This document shows, piece after piece, positions 28,501 to 38,500 of a DNA stretch of 64,000 nucleotides. The position numbers and the translations under genes are program-made. Position 1 is the first letter of the stretch, and each line of letters opens with the position of its first letter. The stretch comes from an uncultured Clostridia bacterium (GTDB taxonomy: Bacteria > Bacillota > Clostridia > Christensenellales > Borkfalkiaceae), in contig CANRKK010000008.1 in the NCBI GenBank assembly GCA_947631195.1, positions 1,052 through 65,051 on the forward strand. Direction: 5' to 3'. The notes below the pieces were generated by a model. It saw only the letters and a program-made list of their open reading frames with translations, was not told the DNA's origin and searched no databases.

Positions 28501-29979
28501 TTAAACCTTGAACTTGAGCGAAGGACAATTTTTGCCGATGAGCCACAGCACGCTGTCCTCTACCCTTACGGGCGTGAACTGCTTGCCGTTTTGGTTGTGG
28601 CCCAAAGGAGCGCAGGTGAAGAACCGCACGTCGGTAAACTTCTGCTTCAAGACGTGCACGAAGTTTGTTTCGCCGTAGTCCAAAAGGAACTTTTCGCACA
28701 CGGCGTTCGTTGCCTTTACCGCGTCCGCGCCCTTGTTGGAATTCATGTAGTTCGTAACCGCCGCGGGGCCTATCTTATCCTCCAAACCGGGGATATCCAG
28801 CTTGGTGAACACTACCGCGCACACCTTTTTGACCCGCGCGCCGTTTTTGTGCAGCATGTTGTCGAGGGTGCCCAAAAGCATCGTGGTCACCTCGTCCATC
28901 GGCATATCGCTCGCGCCGTAGCTGTAGGGATCAAAGGAAGGATCCTGCGCCAGCTCGTCGCGGTAGTCCTGAATGGAGAGAGGGTCGAGCACCACTATAA
29001 ATCCGTCGGCCTGCGTCAGACCTATCTGGGCAAGGTCGGTGTCGCTTGTGAAGATTTCGCCCGGCATATCGCACAGGGAAATAAAGTTGCCCACGTTGCC
29101 CTTGGGGGGATTTAAGTTGAACTGATAGTACTTCATCTGCATGTTGCTTGCAGAAGCGTCCGTCTTGGGGGGCGTATAGCCCTGCTCTATCGCGCTCATG
29201 TTGGTTTCATACAGGTCCTCGCGGTTGTCCGAAACGTTGGGCTTGTATGTAAATTCAAGATTATATTGGGGGGCTACGTTCTTCTCTATTTGGGAAATAG
29301 CCATGGTTATAAGGCAGGTTTTACCCGAAGAAGGGCCGCCGATTACGGGCACCCAAACCTCAACGTGCGCGCCCGCGTCCGAAAGGGGAGCGCCGCAGTG
29401 GGGGCAGAGGCCGTCCAACTTTTGTCTGCCGTTCAAGAAAGTGGTGGGCAGTTTTTCGCCGCACTCACATTCGCGCTTCAATATACCGTATTTGCTGGGT
29501 ATAAGGCGGGAATGTTCCACCCCGCAGGAGGGGCAGACATATACGGGCAAATCAAATTTGTGCTGGCACGCTGGGCAGCCGCTGGATATCTTCTTTATCT
29601 TTCTGTACAGCCAGTCGAGGAAGTTCACAAAGGTAAAGAAAAGATAGATAAAGAACATCGTGAGGGTCATCACAATGATGTAGAGCAGCGAGAATACGGC
29701 GCATATAGCGGGCGTAAACACTACGTTCAGCAATAATATGGCCAAAGACCAGCCGAACAGTACGGCTCGGAACAGCGAGCGGAAAAAGCCTGAAATGGGA
29801 GCTTCGAAGGTGATTATGTCGAGCACGCCGTCCTTTAATTCACCCGCGTTGTCCACAAACTTTTCCCAATAGTCGCCCATGCGGTCGAGCCACTTTTCGA
29901 ATACGTTTTTGATTACGGCTCCGCATTCCTTGTACACGTCGCCGAAAAAGTAATTCACTTGTGCAGGTTGTGTTTTCAT
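28501..29979 (-). CDS. Membrane-anchored zinc-ribbon P-loop GTPase (paralogue of 34390..35508)
   Basis: 492 aa. TM segments at about aa 65-120. Cys clusters CPACQHKFDLPVYVCPSCG and CECGEK..LCPHCG. G1 GGPSSGKT, G3 DMPGE, G4-like FTKLD. Confidence 0.7.
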   Translation of the reverse strand: MKTQPAQVNYFFGDVYKECGAVIKNVFEKWLDRMGDYWEKFVDNAGELKDGVLDIITFEAPISGFFRSLFRAVLFGWSLAILLLNVVFTPAICAVFSLLYIIVMTLTMFFIYLFFTFVNFLDWLYRKIKKISSGCPACQHKFDLPVYVCPSCGVEHSRLIPSKYGILKRECECGEKLPTTFLNGRQKLDGLCPHCGAPLSDAGAHVEVWVPVIGGPSSGKTCLITMAISQIEKNVAPQYNLEFTYKPNVSDNREDLYETNMSAIEQGYTPPKTDASASNMQMKYYQFNLNPPKGNVGNFISLCDMPGEIFTSDTDLAQIGLTQADGFIVVLDPLSIQDYRDELAQDPSFDPYSYGASDMPMDEVTTMLLGTLDNMLHKNGARVKKVCAVVFTKLDIPGLEDKIGPAAVTNYMNSNKGADAVKATNAVCEKFLLDYGETNFVHVLKQKFTDVRFFTCAPLGHNQNGKQFTPVRVEDSVLWLIGKNCPSLKFKV

Positions 29980-29989
29980 TTATTTCACC

Positions 29990-30259
29990 TCACGCTATGG
30001 CGCCCGCAACCCCGAAGATAATGGGGAAGCTGACAATTGCCGCTATCGGCAATATCGCAATTATGATAACTGCTGCGATGGTAAAGCCCTTTGCAAACGG
30101 ATTGGTGACTTCTTCCTTTACCGAGTTGATGTAGCTGATAGTTGCGCGGAAATACATGAACACCAATCCCGCAACGGCACCGACTGCCATTATCACCAAC
30201 AGAGTAGCAAGGAAAAATATCATAAACACAATGAATAATACAATTCCCAATACTAACAC
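29990..30259 (-). CDS. Small integral membrane protein (3 predicted TM helices)
   Basis: 89 aa, almost entirely hydrophobic (MLVLGIVLFIVFMIFFLATLLVIMAVGAVAGLVFMYF..). 10-nt spacer to the next gene. Confidence 0.55.
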   Translation of the reverse strand: MLVLGIVLFIVFMIFFLATLLVIMAVGAVAGLVFMYFRATISYINSVKEEVTNPFAKGFTIAAVIIIAILPIAAIVSFPIIFGVAGAIA

Positions 30260-30272
30260 GCTGCTACCTCGC

Positions 30273-31745
30273 TTATTTTATGAATTTCTTGCGTATGAAG
30301 AAGTAAACGGGCAGAAGCACGAGCATAATTACGCCGAGCGCTATGTTGTTGTTGGTAAAGCCCACGATGGCCAGCGCAATCAGTATGAGGTACGGGATAA
30401 GGCTGATTCTCCTCTTCAGTCTGCTCCAACGGCTTCCGCCTCTCCTGCCGCTTCTGCCGCCGCTCTTTGCGTTTCTCTCCGCCTTGCTCTGGCTTGCGCC
30501 GCCGCCCTGCGCAACGTTGTCGTCCTCGCTGAACTGTCCGAAAGGATTGTCTACAAAGTAATCAACTTCGCCGCTGTACGCGTTTACCCTTACGGTTACG
30601 CTCTTCTTGCCGCCCATGGATACCGTGAAGAAATAGAAGGGCACGAACACGTAGGAAAGTTCCTTTATGTCGGAAGCCTTGTCGTTATAGATGATCTCTA
30701 TGTATTTGGTATCCCAGTTCTTGGCCTTGTGGAAGGCTTCCTTTATCTCCTGTCTTGCGCCCTCGGTGGCATCCTTGGAGGAGAGCTCGATTGCCCTCTC
30801 TATAACGGCCTTTTGGCCAACGGGATGAATACGTACCCTGCCGTCCACATAGTTGCTTGTAAAGGTTGCGTTCTTGTAAACTTTCCACAGATCGCGCTGC
30901 GTCTGCTTGGTTTTGAAGGTTGCGCAGTAGTTGGTCCAGTACATATCTACTGTATAGTCCGTGCTGCCGCTGGAAACGGTGCTGTAGCTCGGGTTGTCGT
31001 ACTTATATCTTACGTTGGGGGTGCCCACTTCAACCGCGCACTTTACTATGGGCTGATATTCGAGCTGGGCCTGGGGCGCGCCCTTTAACAGCTTGCTGAT
31101 CTGCGCGTAGGTCAAAATCTTTTTGGTGGCCTTTTCCTCGAGGTTGGCCTTGGCTATAGACCACGCCTCCTCTGCCGACCTGTTGCAGGGCACGAAGGTG
31201 CTCGACTTGCCGTCGGAGGTGTTCTTTTGCCAGATATCCATCTCCGTCTTGCCGGTAAACACGCCGCGCTCCCTGCCTATGGAAGCATAGGTTTCGTCGG
31301 GCATGTATTCGCTGCCGAGGAATGCCGCCATATCGAAGCTGTCGTGTATCTCTTTCGTCTTTTCGGGATAGCCCTTCTGGAGCAGCACGCCGTAGAAGTA
31401 GTAGCTTTCGGCGTCAAACTTGTCGTGATAAGCAAACGCCTTGTCTGCGGCCGTCTGTGCAAACGTAGGGTCCTTTTTGTTCTTTGCAACGAGCTTTGTG
31501 AGAACGAAGAGATAGTCCTCTACCGCGTCCTGATCGGAGAGCGTGCCCGCTTCGTAGTAAGGAAGGGATTCGGCGTACTTGCCCTTTTCCACCCACAGAT
31601 ATTCGCCCCACTCTTCGCGGGCTTTCTGGTTACCGGCGTCAGCCGCTTCCTTGAGCTTTGCATAGCCCTTTTTGGGATTTTTGGGGAAACCGTTGGTCCC
31701 GTTTAAGAGGTTTTGCGCTTCTTGGTAAAGTTGATTTGCGTCCAT
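30273..31745 (-). CDS. Sel1/TPR-like repeat protein with C-terminal Arg/Gly-rich segment and two TM helices
   Basis: 490 aa. N-terminal helical repeats (..GYAKLKEAADAGNQKAREEWGEYLWVEKGKYAESLPYYEAG..). C-terminus ..GGRSGRRGGSRWSRLKRRISLIPYLILIALAIVGF..LGVIMLVLLPVYFFI. Confidence 0.6.
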   Translation of the reverse strand: MDANQLYQEAQNLLNGTNGFPKNPKKGYAKLKEAADAGNQKAREEWGEYLWVEKGKYAESLPYYEAGTLSDQDAVEDYLFVLTKLVAKNKKDPTFAQTAADKAFAYHDKFDAESYYFYGVLLQKGYPEKTKEIHDSFDMAAFLGSEYMPDETYASIGRERGVFTGKTEMDIWQKNTSDGKSSTFVPCNRSAEEAWSIAKANLEEKATKKILTYAQISKLLKGAPQAQLEYQPIVKCAVEVGTPNVRYKYDNPSYSTVSSGSTDYTVDMYWTNYCATFKTKQTQRDLWKVYKNATFTSNYVDGRVRIHPVGQKAVIERAIELSSKDATEGARQEIKEAFHKAKNWDTKYIEIIYNDKASDIKELSYVFVPFYFFTVSMGGKKSVTVRVNAYSGEVDYFVDNPFGQFSEDDNVAQGGGASQSKAERNAKSGGRSGRRGGSRWSRLKRRISLIPYLILIALAIVGFTNNNIALGVIMLVLLPVYFFIRKKFIK

Positions 31746-31763
31746 AATAAATAACTCCTGATA

Positions 31764-34379
31764 TTAATTTTTCCAAACTTTGTTTTTGACCGAGAAATCG
31801 AGATAGGCCTTGGCCTGCGATTTCAGCTTGTTGTTCCCCGAAAGTTGTTTTGCGAGTTTTTTGGTCTTGCCTCCGCCCAACTCGGTAAAATACACTCCGA
31901 GGAAAGTTTTTATTTCGTTGAGGTCGGTGCGGTTCACGAGATAGATGAGGTAGTCCGCCGCCTCTTTGAAATTGATTTTTGAGGCAAATTTCTTTGCCAT
32001 GTCCTGTATGAACGGGTTGTTTACGCCCACGTAGCCCGCCGCCCTTGCAAGGGGCGCGAACGCATTGTCCAAAACGTTGTCCACTTCGTCGGGCCGCTTT
32101 GTCACCATGCGGCAATACAGGTCGAATATTTCGTCGGTGTAAACCCTTGCAATCACCTTGTTGCCGTTGTCGTCGGCAAGCAGCATATTGTTTGCCAAAA
32201 GGCGGCAGACCTCGTCGAATATCGCGTTTTCGTTCCTTACGCCCAAGGCCTGGTGCAGCTTGTTGCCCAAATCCACCACCTTGTACGCCGCGGGATATTC
32301 GCCCGCCGTCGCGCGGTATTTTTCGGCGAAGTTGTCGATATCGGCGATCAGCCCCTTGTTTCTGCCCTTATACAGGTCCATCAAATCGCCCGTGTGCGCG
32401 CCGCCGAACACCGAGCAGATTATGTCGTATGCGCGCGCGCCGTCGCGGCCGGGCATGGAATATGCGCCGAAGTATGCGTTCCACGCGAGGGCCTGTTCGG
32501 CAAGCCTCTCGTAGTTGTGCTTCAGGCTGTCAAAATACTCCTCTAAAGCCTTGAGGAAGGTGCCGTTGGTATCCTTGCCCTTCAGATACACGTTTGTATA
32601 GTACTTTTTGAGGTCGGCCTCGGTGTGCGGTCTGTCTGCAAAGGTGTATGCAAACATGTCGTCTATAAAGTTCTGCACGGCGGGGTCGTTGCCCGAGAGC
32701 GCCGCAAGGCCGTTTATATCCAGATTCTTTTTGTTGGAATAGGCGAGGAACTTGTTTTTGAACACGGGATCGGACCCGCAGTTCTTGATGAGAATAATCA
32801 CGCCCTTGTTGCAGTCCTGCGGAGAAATTTCGTCCAGCACGGACAGAACGTAGTCGTAGTCCCTTATATTGAGCGCGCCGTTGGGCGAGGCGAGGTCGTC
32901 TATAACCACCCTGTCGAGCAGTGCGGAGCCCGTCTTTTGCTTGGTTATCGCGTTAAGTTCGCGCACGGGCTTGAGAATTTTGGCCTGCAGCCTGTCGAGG
33001 AAGTAGGCCTCCACCACCTTGACATCGCCCGCGGGAAGGGCCTCGGCGCACATTCTCGCAACGAAGTACTTTACAAATTCGTTGGACCTGTTGGCCGAGA
33101 GATAGCCCCTGAGCGAGCCGTGTTTGCCCGTTATGTAGGTCAGGATATCCTGCGCGGGGAACACCATCTTGCCGCAGAACTCCGTATAGCGCGAATCGAA
33201 CAGCGACGGATCGGTTGCGCCGCAGGCCTCCACCGCCGCAAGATAGCCCGAAAGCACATACTCGCGCGAGGAGATGTCGTTCTCGTACATATAACCGTAG
33301 AATCTTGCGTTTTCGAGCACGTCGAAGTTGCGCGCCCGCTCAAACGCGGCAAGAACGGAGGTGACGGAAGTTTTGTCGCCGCCGTTTGCAAGCACGCGCT
33401 CTGCCACGGACATGAGCTCCTCAGAGGAAGCGAAAACCGCCAGATCGGCATTGAAAAAGGAATTGAGGGTGAGGGCGTAGTCGGGGTCGTTGCCCGCAAG
33501 CGCGAGATATGCGTCTATCTTCGCAGCTTCGGCGCGGGCGGAGTCCACGGACCGCGCAAGAGCGTTCGCCACGTTCTCTACATACCTGCCCACCGTCACC
33601 TTGTTGTTGATAATCTTTTCTTTTATGCTGTAGACGAGGTCGCCCGCAAGCATCGCCGTTCTGTAATTTACTACGCCGCCCGGCTTTAACGCCTGCAGGA
33701 CGAAGCTGTTGGACTTGCTTATGGAATAGGTGGAAAAAGTGACCTTATCCAGCACGGCGGCGGGCAGACACTTTGCCACCCCCTCAAACCAATACACGAG
33801 CGGGGAAGGATCGTCGTAGATATATACCGTCTTGTTGGTCCTTATGCCCTCCAGCACGGCCGCAACCAGATACTTTAAAATCTGCAACCTTTCGGGATTG
33901 TTGAAAAACGCCGAGAGCGAAGCGTTGTCTACGGGCTGCGCCTGCGCGGGAACCTCAACTTCGGGAAGGGGCGGGGGATTGCTGTCCGCGTTGGCCTCCT
34001 CGTCCGTAAGTCCCGTCTTGAAAATAGGGCTGCCGATATAGTCAAACGCGTTGAAGTCGGGCTTTTGGTCAAGCACAAAGGCGTGTATTATGTAATTGCC
34101 CTGCCTGCCGCTGTAGTCCCTGCCTATATATGTGGACTGGCCCAGACAATACATGCCCGAGGGCAATCTGAAGAACGCGCAGCCGCGGGGGAACATTGTT
34201 TCTATCTGTTCGGGCGTGGGCGCATAGGGCAAACCCGCGGGCGGCAGGTATTTTAACGCCGTCTGGATGGCTGCCGAATCGTCGGCGGAAATCCCCGCGC
34301 TCATGGAATATACCATAAAGCCCTTCGATGGGGAGTTTCCGTTTTTCCAGGACGTATAAATAAACTGTTTTGCCTTCAT
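31764..34379 (-). CDS. Large uncharacterised protein; N-terminus resembles the GAP1-N (GTPase-associated protein 1) domain
   Basis: 871 aa. N-terminus KQFIYTSWKNG..KGFMVYSMSAGIS..YIGRDYSGRQGNYIIHAFVL, followed by a long helical region. Lies between the two GTPase genes. The GAP1 assignment is from memory of the family pattern and has not been searched. Confidence 0.55.
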   Translation of the reverse strand: MKAKQFIYTSWKNGNSPSKGFMVYSMSAGISADDSAAIQTALKYLPPAGLPYAPTPEQIETMFPRGCAFFRLPSGMYCLGQSTYIGRDYSGRQGNYIIHAFVLDQKPDFNAFDYIGSPIFKTGLTDEEANADSNPPPLPEVEVPAQAQPVDNASLSAFFNNPERLQILKYLVAAVLEGIRTNKTVYIYDDPSPLVYWFEGVAKCLPAAVLDKVTFSTYSISKSNSFVLQALKPGGVVNYRTAMLAGDLVYSIKEKIINNKVTVGRYVENVANALARSVDSARAEAAKIDAYLALAGNDPDYALTLNSFFNADLAVFASSEELMSVAERVLANGGDKTSVTSVLAAFERARNFDVLENARFYGYMYENDISSREYVLSGYLAAVEACGATDPSLFDSRYTEFCGKMVFPAQDILTYITGKHGSLRGYLSANRSNEFVKYFVARMCAEALPAGDVKVVEAYFLDRLQAKILKPVRELNAITKQKTGSALLDRVVIDDLASPNGALNIRDYDYVLSVLDEISPQDCNKGVIILIKNCGSDPVFKNKFLAYSNKKNLDINGLAALSGNDPAVQNFIDDMFAYTFADRPHTEADLKKYYTNVYLKGKDTNGTFLKALEEYFDSLKHNYERLAEQALAWNAYFGAYSMPGRDGARAYDIICSVFGGAHTGDLMDLYKGRNKGLIADIDNFAEKYRATAGEYPAAYKVVDLGNKLHQALGVRNENAIFDEVCRLLANNMLLADDNGNKVIARVYTDEIFDLYCRMVTKRPDEVDNVLDNAFAPLARAAGYVGVNNPFIQDMAKKFASKINFKEAADYLIYLVNRTDLNEIKTFLGVYFTELGGGKTKKLAKQLSGNNKLKSQAKAYLDFSVKNKVWKN

Positions 34380-34389
34380 AGTACTCCTT

Positions 34390-35508
34390 TTAACGTTTTA
34401 CCGTCTTTATATAATTATTTTCCGCAAGCAGCCAAAGCAGGGGGTCGAGCACTCTCCTCGGCTTTACGCCGTTGAGGATCTGGCCGTTGACGTCGGGCAT
34501 GCTGCCGAGGGCAGACACGCCGAACAGCGCGTGCGTTTTAAACCGCTTCAGCTTTGCGTTGAGCTCTGCATTCATTTCGAGGAAGTTTTCAATCAGCGTT
34601 TCCATCGCGCGCTGCGTGGTTTCGAACTCCTCCTTTATGAACACGCCCCTGTCGAGATATTCCGAGTCGTATCTGAGGCAGCTGTCCTGCGGCAGGATAT
34701 CCTCGAAACCCTCCAGCGCGTCTATCTTTGTGAACGCCAGCGCTATGGGCATGTCAAAGGGCTTTTTGGAGTTGTTCGTAAAACTTTCTATGTTATAGAT
34801 AACTCTGTCGAGGATATCTATCGCGTCCCTGTTCTGTTCGGGGAGGGGTATTTTGCCCTCCAGCTGCTGGCGGATTTCGGTCACCTGCAGGGGGTCGATA
34901 AGCAAGATTATGCCCTTTGCGTGGGCAAGATAGCCCGTGAATTGGAGCATCGAGTCCTCGCTGTCAAAATTCTCGCCCGCGGTGTCGTAGAAGGTGAGCG
35001 TGACCTGCTTGCCCGAACTGAAGTCTATGGGGAATATCATCGGGGGGAGGTCGCCGCTGTCCGTCGCGCTTATCTGCATCTTTTCCTTAAAGAGGGGACG
35101 CGCGTAGTTTTCGTCGTACAGGTCCTTGGAAACGGGGTTGCAGTTCATCGTTATGGAACAGTCGAAGCTGCTCGTCATTCTCTTTCTTATCTCGTTTACG
35201 AGCACGCCTATGTAGTTGGACTTGCCCGAAGCCTTCGCGCCGACCAGCGCAATGGGAATACCGTTGCTGGCGGTGCAGCGCATCGGAATGACGTAGGGGT
35301 TGCCCTGCTTCAAAGTTTCGGGGCAGACCAAATCCTTTTTGGCGCGCGTGCAGTTCAAACATTTTTTATAGTATTTGGGGTCGATGAACATCTGGCTGTC
35401 GAAGGGAACGTTGTCGGGACAGTAGCCTGTTTTAAGCACCTGCGAGCACCTCATCGCGCAGTCCTTTACATCGTGTGTTGCATAACAATACGGACAAGTA
35501 AAACCCAT
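34390..35508 (-). CDS. Soluble zinc-ribbon TRAFAC-type GTPase
   Basis: 372 aa. N-terminal CPYC..CAMRC and CLNC..VCPE. G1 GAKASGKS, G3 DTAGE, G4-like FTKID. Confidence 0.75.
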   Translation of the reverse strand: MGFTCPYCYATHDVKDCAMRCSQVLKTGYCPDNVPFDSQMFIDPKYYKKCLNCTRAKKDLVCPETLKQGNPYVIPMRCTASNGIPIALVGAKASGKSNYIGVLVNEIRKRMTSSFDCSITMNCNPVSKDLYDENYARPLFKEKMQISATDSGDLPPMIFPIDFSSGKQVTLTFYDTAGENFDSEDSMLQFTGYLAHAKGIILLIDPLQVTEIRQQLEGKIPLPEQNRDAIDILDRVIYNIESFTNNSKKPFDMPIALAFTKIDALEGFEDILPQDSCLRYDSEYLDRGVFIKEEFETTQRAMETLIENFLEMNAELNAKLKRFKTHALFGVSALGSMPDVNGQILNGVKPRRVLDPLLWLLAENNYIKTVKR

Positions 35509-35526
35509 ATATCTCTCTCCTTTGAA

Positions 35527-38500
35527 TTATAAATTTATTACTTCTTTCATCTGGACGTTGGCGGCCGCGCCGTCCGCTATGAACATGGCAAGTTTGAACA
35601 TCTTGCCCATAGGCGGCACTTTTACCGTCGCCTTGCCCACGTATTTGCCGTGGGAGAACATGCCCTTTTTGAGCTGTACTCCGCTGACTCTCTCCACCAT
35701 CTCGCCCACGTTTTTGTTGAGCGGGCGGGGGTTGCCCTTGACCAAAACGAAGTCGGGCAAATCCACCTCGGCGTCGGCCTCGAACTTGATTGTCACCGCA
35801 AAGGGTTTGGCGGGCGAAGGCTCGTATTCCAAAGCATACTTTACTATCTGCTTTTTTCTGTAGTCGATGGGGTCGGGCAGCTGCACGGGCGCGCACATGG
35901 CTATCTCCGAGCTGGAGACCCCCTTTATCTTGCCGAACAGCGTCACGTACGACACCGTGTCGGCGCGGAGCTTGAGCGATATCTCCCCGTCCCTCTTCAA
36001 TTTGTCTGCGGGGAAGTTGAACGTGTCGCCGGGGCGGTCGGGCGCGTCGGCAAACTCCTTGTTGCTCACGTGCACCACGAGCTCGGTTATAACGCTGTCG
36101 AGCGAACAGGTAATTTTGAGCGTGCCGTTGTCCTCGGTGTACTTAACGTTGCTTATGCCCTTTATCGAGGACATAAACACGGGGTCGGAGGCGTTGAACA
36201 GCTGCTCGTTGACGTTTACCGCGTACACGTATCCCGTGAAGTTTGCGGGCAGGCTGAACCCGTAGGCGCCGTTGCCGTTGTCATAGGCGGACAGAAGTTT
36301 TGCGTTCCCCTTGTTTTTGGAGAACACCTCTATCTTTTCCACCTTTTTGAGGGGTATGGGCAACCTTTCGGGCGAACACCAGAACTGCGCGTTCTTCTCT
36401 ATGTTTTTGCCCGTCGCCTCGCACACGCCGCCCGGCAGCTGGCCCACCTTTAATCCCTCTACGGCCTTGGGGAAGTAGAAGGGCTTGAAGAACATCTGTA
36501 TGCCCGAAGAAAATACTTCCTTGCCGTCTATATCGTACACGCACCTGACAAAATAGCTGTTGCCGGCCGCGTCGCAGCCGCCGTCCTCGAACCCGTCGGC
36601 GTTCGCGCCGTGGAAGGCCGCGCCGTTTTCGGCGGGAGCGGAGCCCGCCGCCTTCAATACGTCTATTCTCTTTACGTTGGAGGGGCTGCTCCACTTCACG
36701 TGGATCTTGCCCTCGGTCATCTCCTGCTTGTAGTTGGAGACGTTCAAAAGCACCACCACGGGGCTGTTGCAGGCAACCACCGCCGTCTGCACGCCGAATC
36801 TTTCGGCAAACACGCCGTAGTAGTAGTTGACGGCCGCGCCGGGGTTGTTGTCCTCAAAATAGTTGATTGTAAGCCCCTTTACCATTGGCGTGCCGTCTGC
36901 GGGGCTCTTGGGAACGGAGCCCGCCTTTCTCACCACCGTGTAGCTTATCATTCCGTCGGCCTTGCCGTCCCACTGAACGTTCACCTTGCCGTCGTCGGTG
37001 ACGCGGCAGCGCACGTTTTGCGGGGCCTGCGGGGGATATTTTTTGATCAGCTGCTGTGCCTCGAGGTTGTCGGCACATTCCTCCAAAGCCTTGGCCGCAA
37101 AGTTGATAATCTGCCCCACGTCCTGCGTTCTTTTAGCCGATTCGAGATATTGCGCCGACTTGGAAAGCCCCGCCTTTATCTTGTTTTTATAGGACTCTAT
37201 GTCGTCGGCGTTGTAGCCGGGCAGCGCGGTCGCTATCTCGCGCACCTTTGCCTCGGCCTTGTTGAGCTGTTTTATGACTATGAGTTTATCCACCTCGGCA
37301 ATCATCTCGCGGTATTGCTTCAGCATGGATTCTTCGGCCTTTTCCTTGGTGGCCACTTCCTTGTCGTAGAAAGCTATCTTTTTGGCCACTTCGGAGGTGG
37401 GCATCTTTTCATATCCGGGCACCGTGCTCTTTAAATTGTTGAGCGCCGTCTTTAAAGTGGGGAGGGGCGTCCTCGGGTTTTTGAACAGATTGCCCAGCTC
37501 GTTCACCTGTTTCTGGAAAACGGGCTGCATTTTGTCCGTCATGGAGCACTTGGGGCACACGCGCGCGCCCGCCCCGTAGCGGATAGGGTTCTGGCAGTTC
37601 CAGCAGAGCACGGTGAGCGGTTTGCCGCAATGGGGGCAGACCGTTATGTTTTGCGTAACTATGTAGGGCTTGCCGCAATCGGGGTAGGGGCAGAGCTCTA
37701 TCTGCATCTTTGCGCCTATGGAAGCGTCGCTCGACAACTTTAAGTTGAGGGCGTTGAGCATCGCGCCTAAATCTTCCTCGGCGACCTCCAACGAGCAGCC
37801 CGTATTTTTTACTATTAATTCAAAGTATTTGAGGTATTCCTCCGCGCGGATAACCACTATGCCGTTATCGCTGCGCGCCTTGAGGGGGAAGTACACGGCG
37901 TCCTTTATCTGCAGGTACTTCTGGTACTGCGCCCTGCCGGGTTTGCCGCTGTTGCCCTCCTCCTTGAATATCGTCTCCGCACAGCCGTACAGCTGTTTCA
38001 AAGAGGGGCCCACGCCCTTCTTGAGCGAAGTTTTGGCGGCGTCCCTCTGCATGTACGACTTCAGCCGGTCCTGTATCGTTTTGAGGTCGGCGGTAATGGG
38101 CAAGTCAAGCAAATCGTAAAGGTTTGTGATTTTGCTGTCGCCGAGGCCCTTTAAATATTTTTCTATTTCGTTATACGTATGGAAGTCGAACCTGTTCTGG
38201 GTGTCGTCCACATACTTTACGCCCTTTGTGAGCAGGTTTTTGAGGCCGGCCTCTATCTCGTCCACCGACATCTTGTTCTTGTCGGCAACCTGCCTGACTT
38301 CGCTCTTATATATGATTCCGCGCTCGCACAGGCTGACGAGGAACTGGATTATCGGCTCCATCTTCAGTTTTTTATAGAGAGCCGCCTCCCTCGCCCTGCC
38401 GCCGCTGTTGGGCCTGTATGTGCCCGAGCTTTCGTCGTAGGTGGAGTCGTTAGCCAAAACCTCTATGGCGTCCTTTTTCAAATCCTTGCCGAGGCGCACC

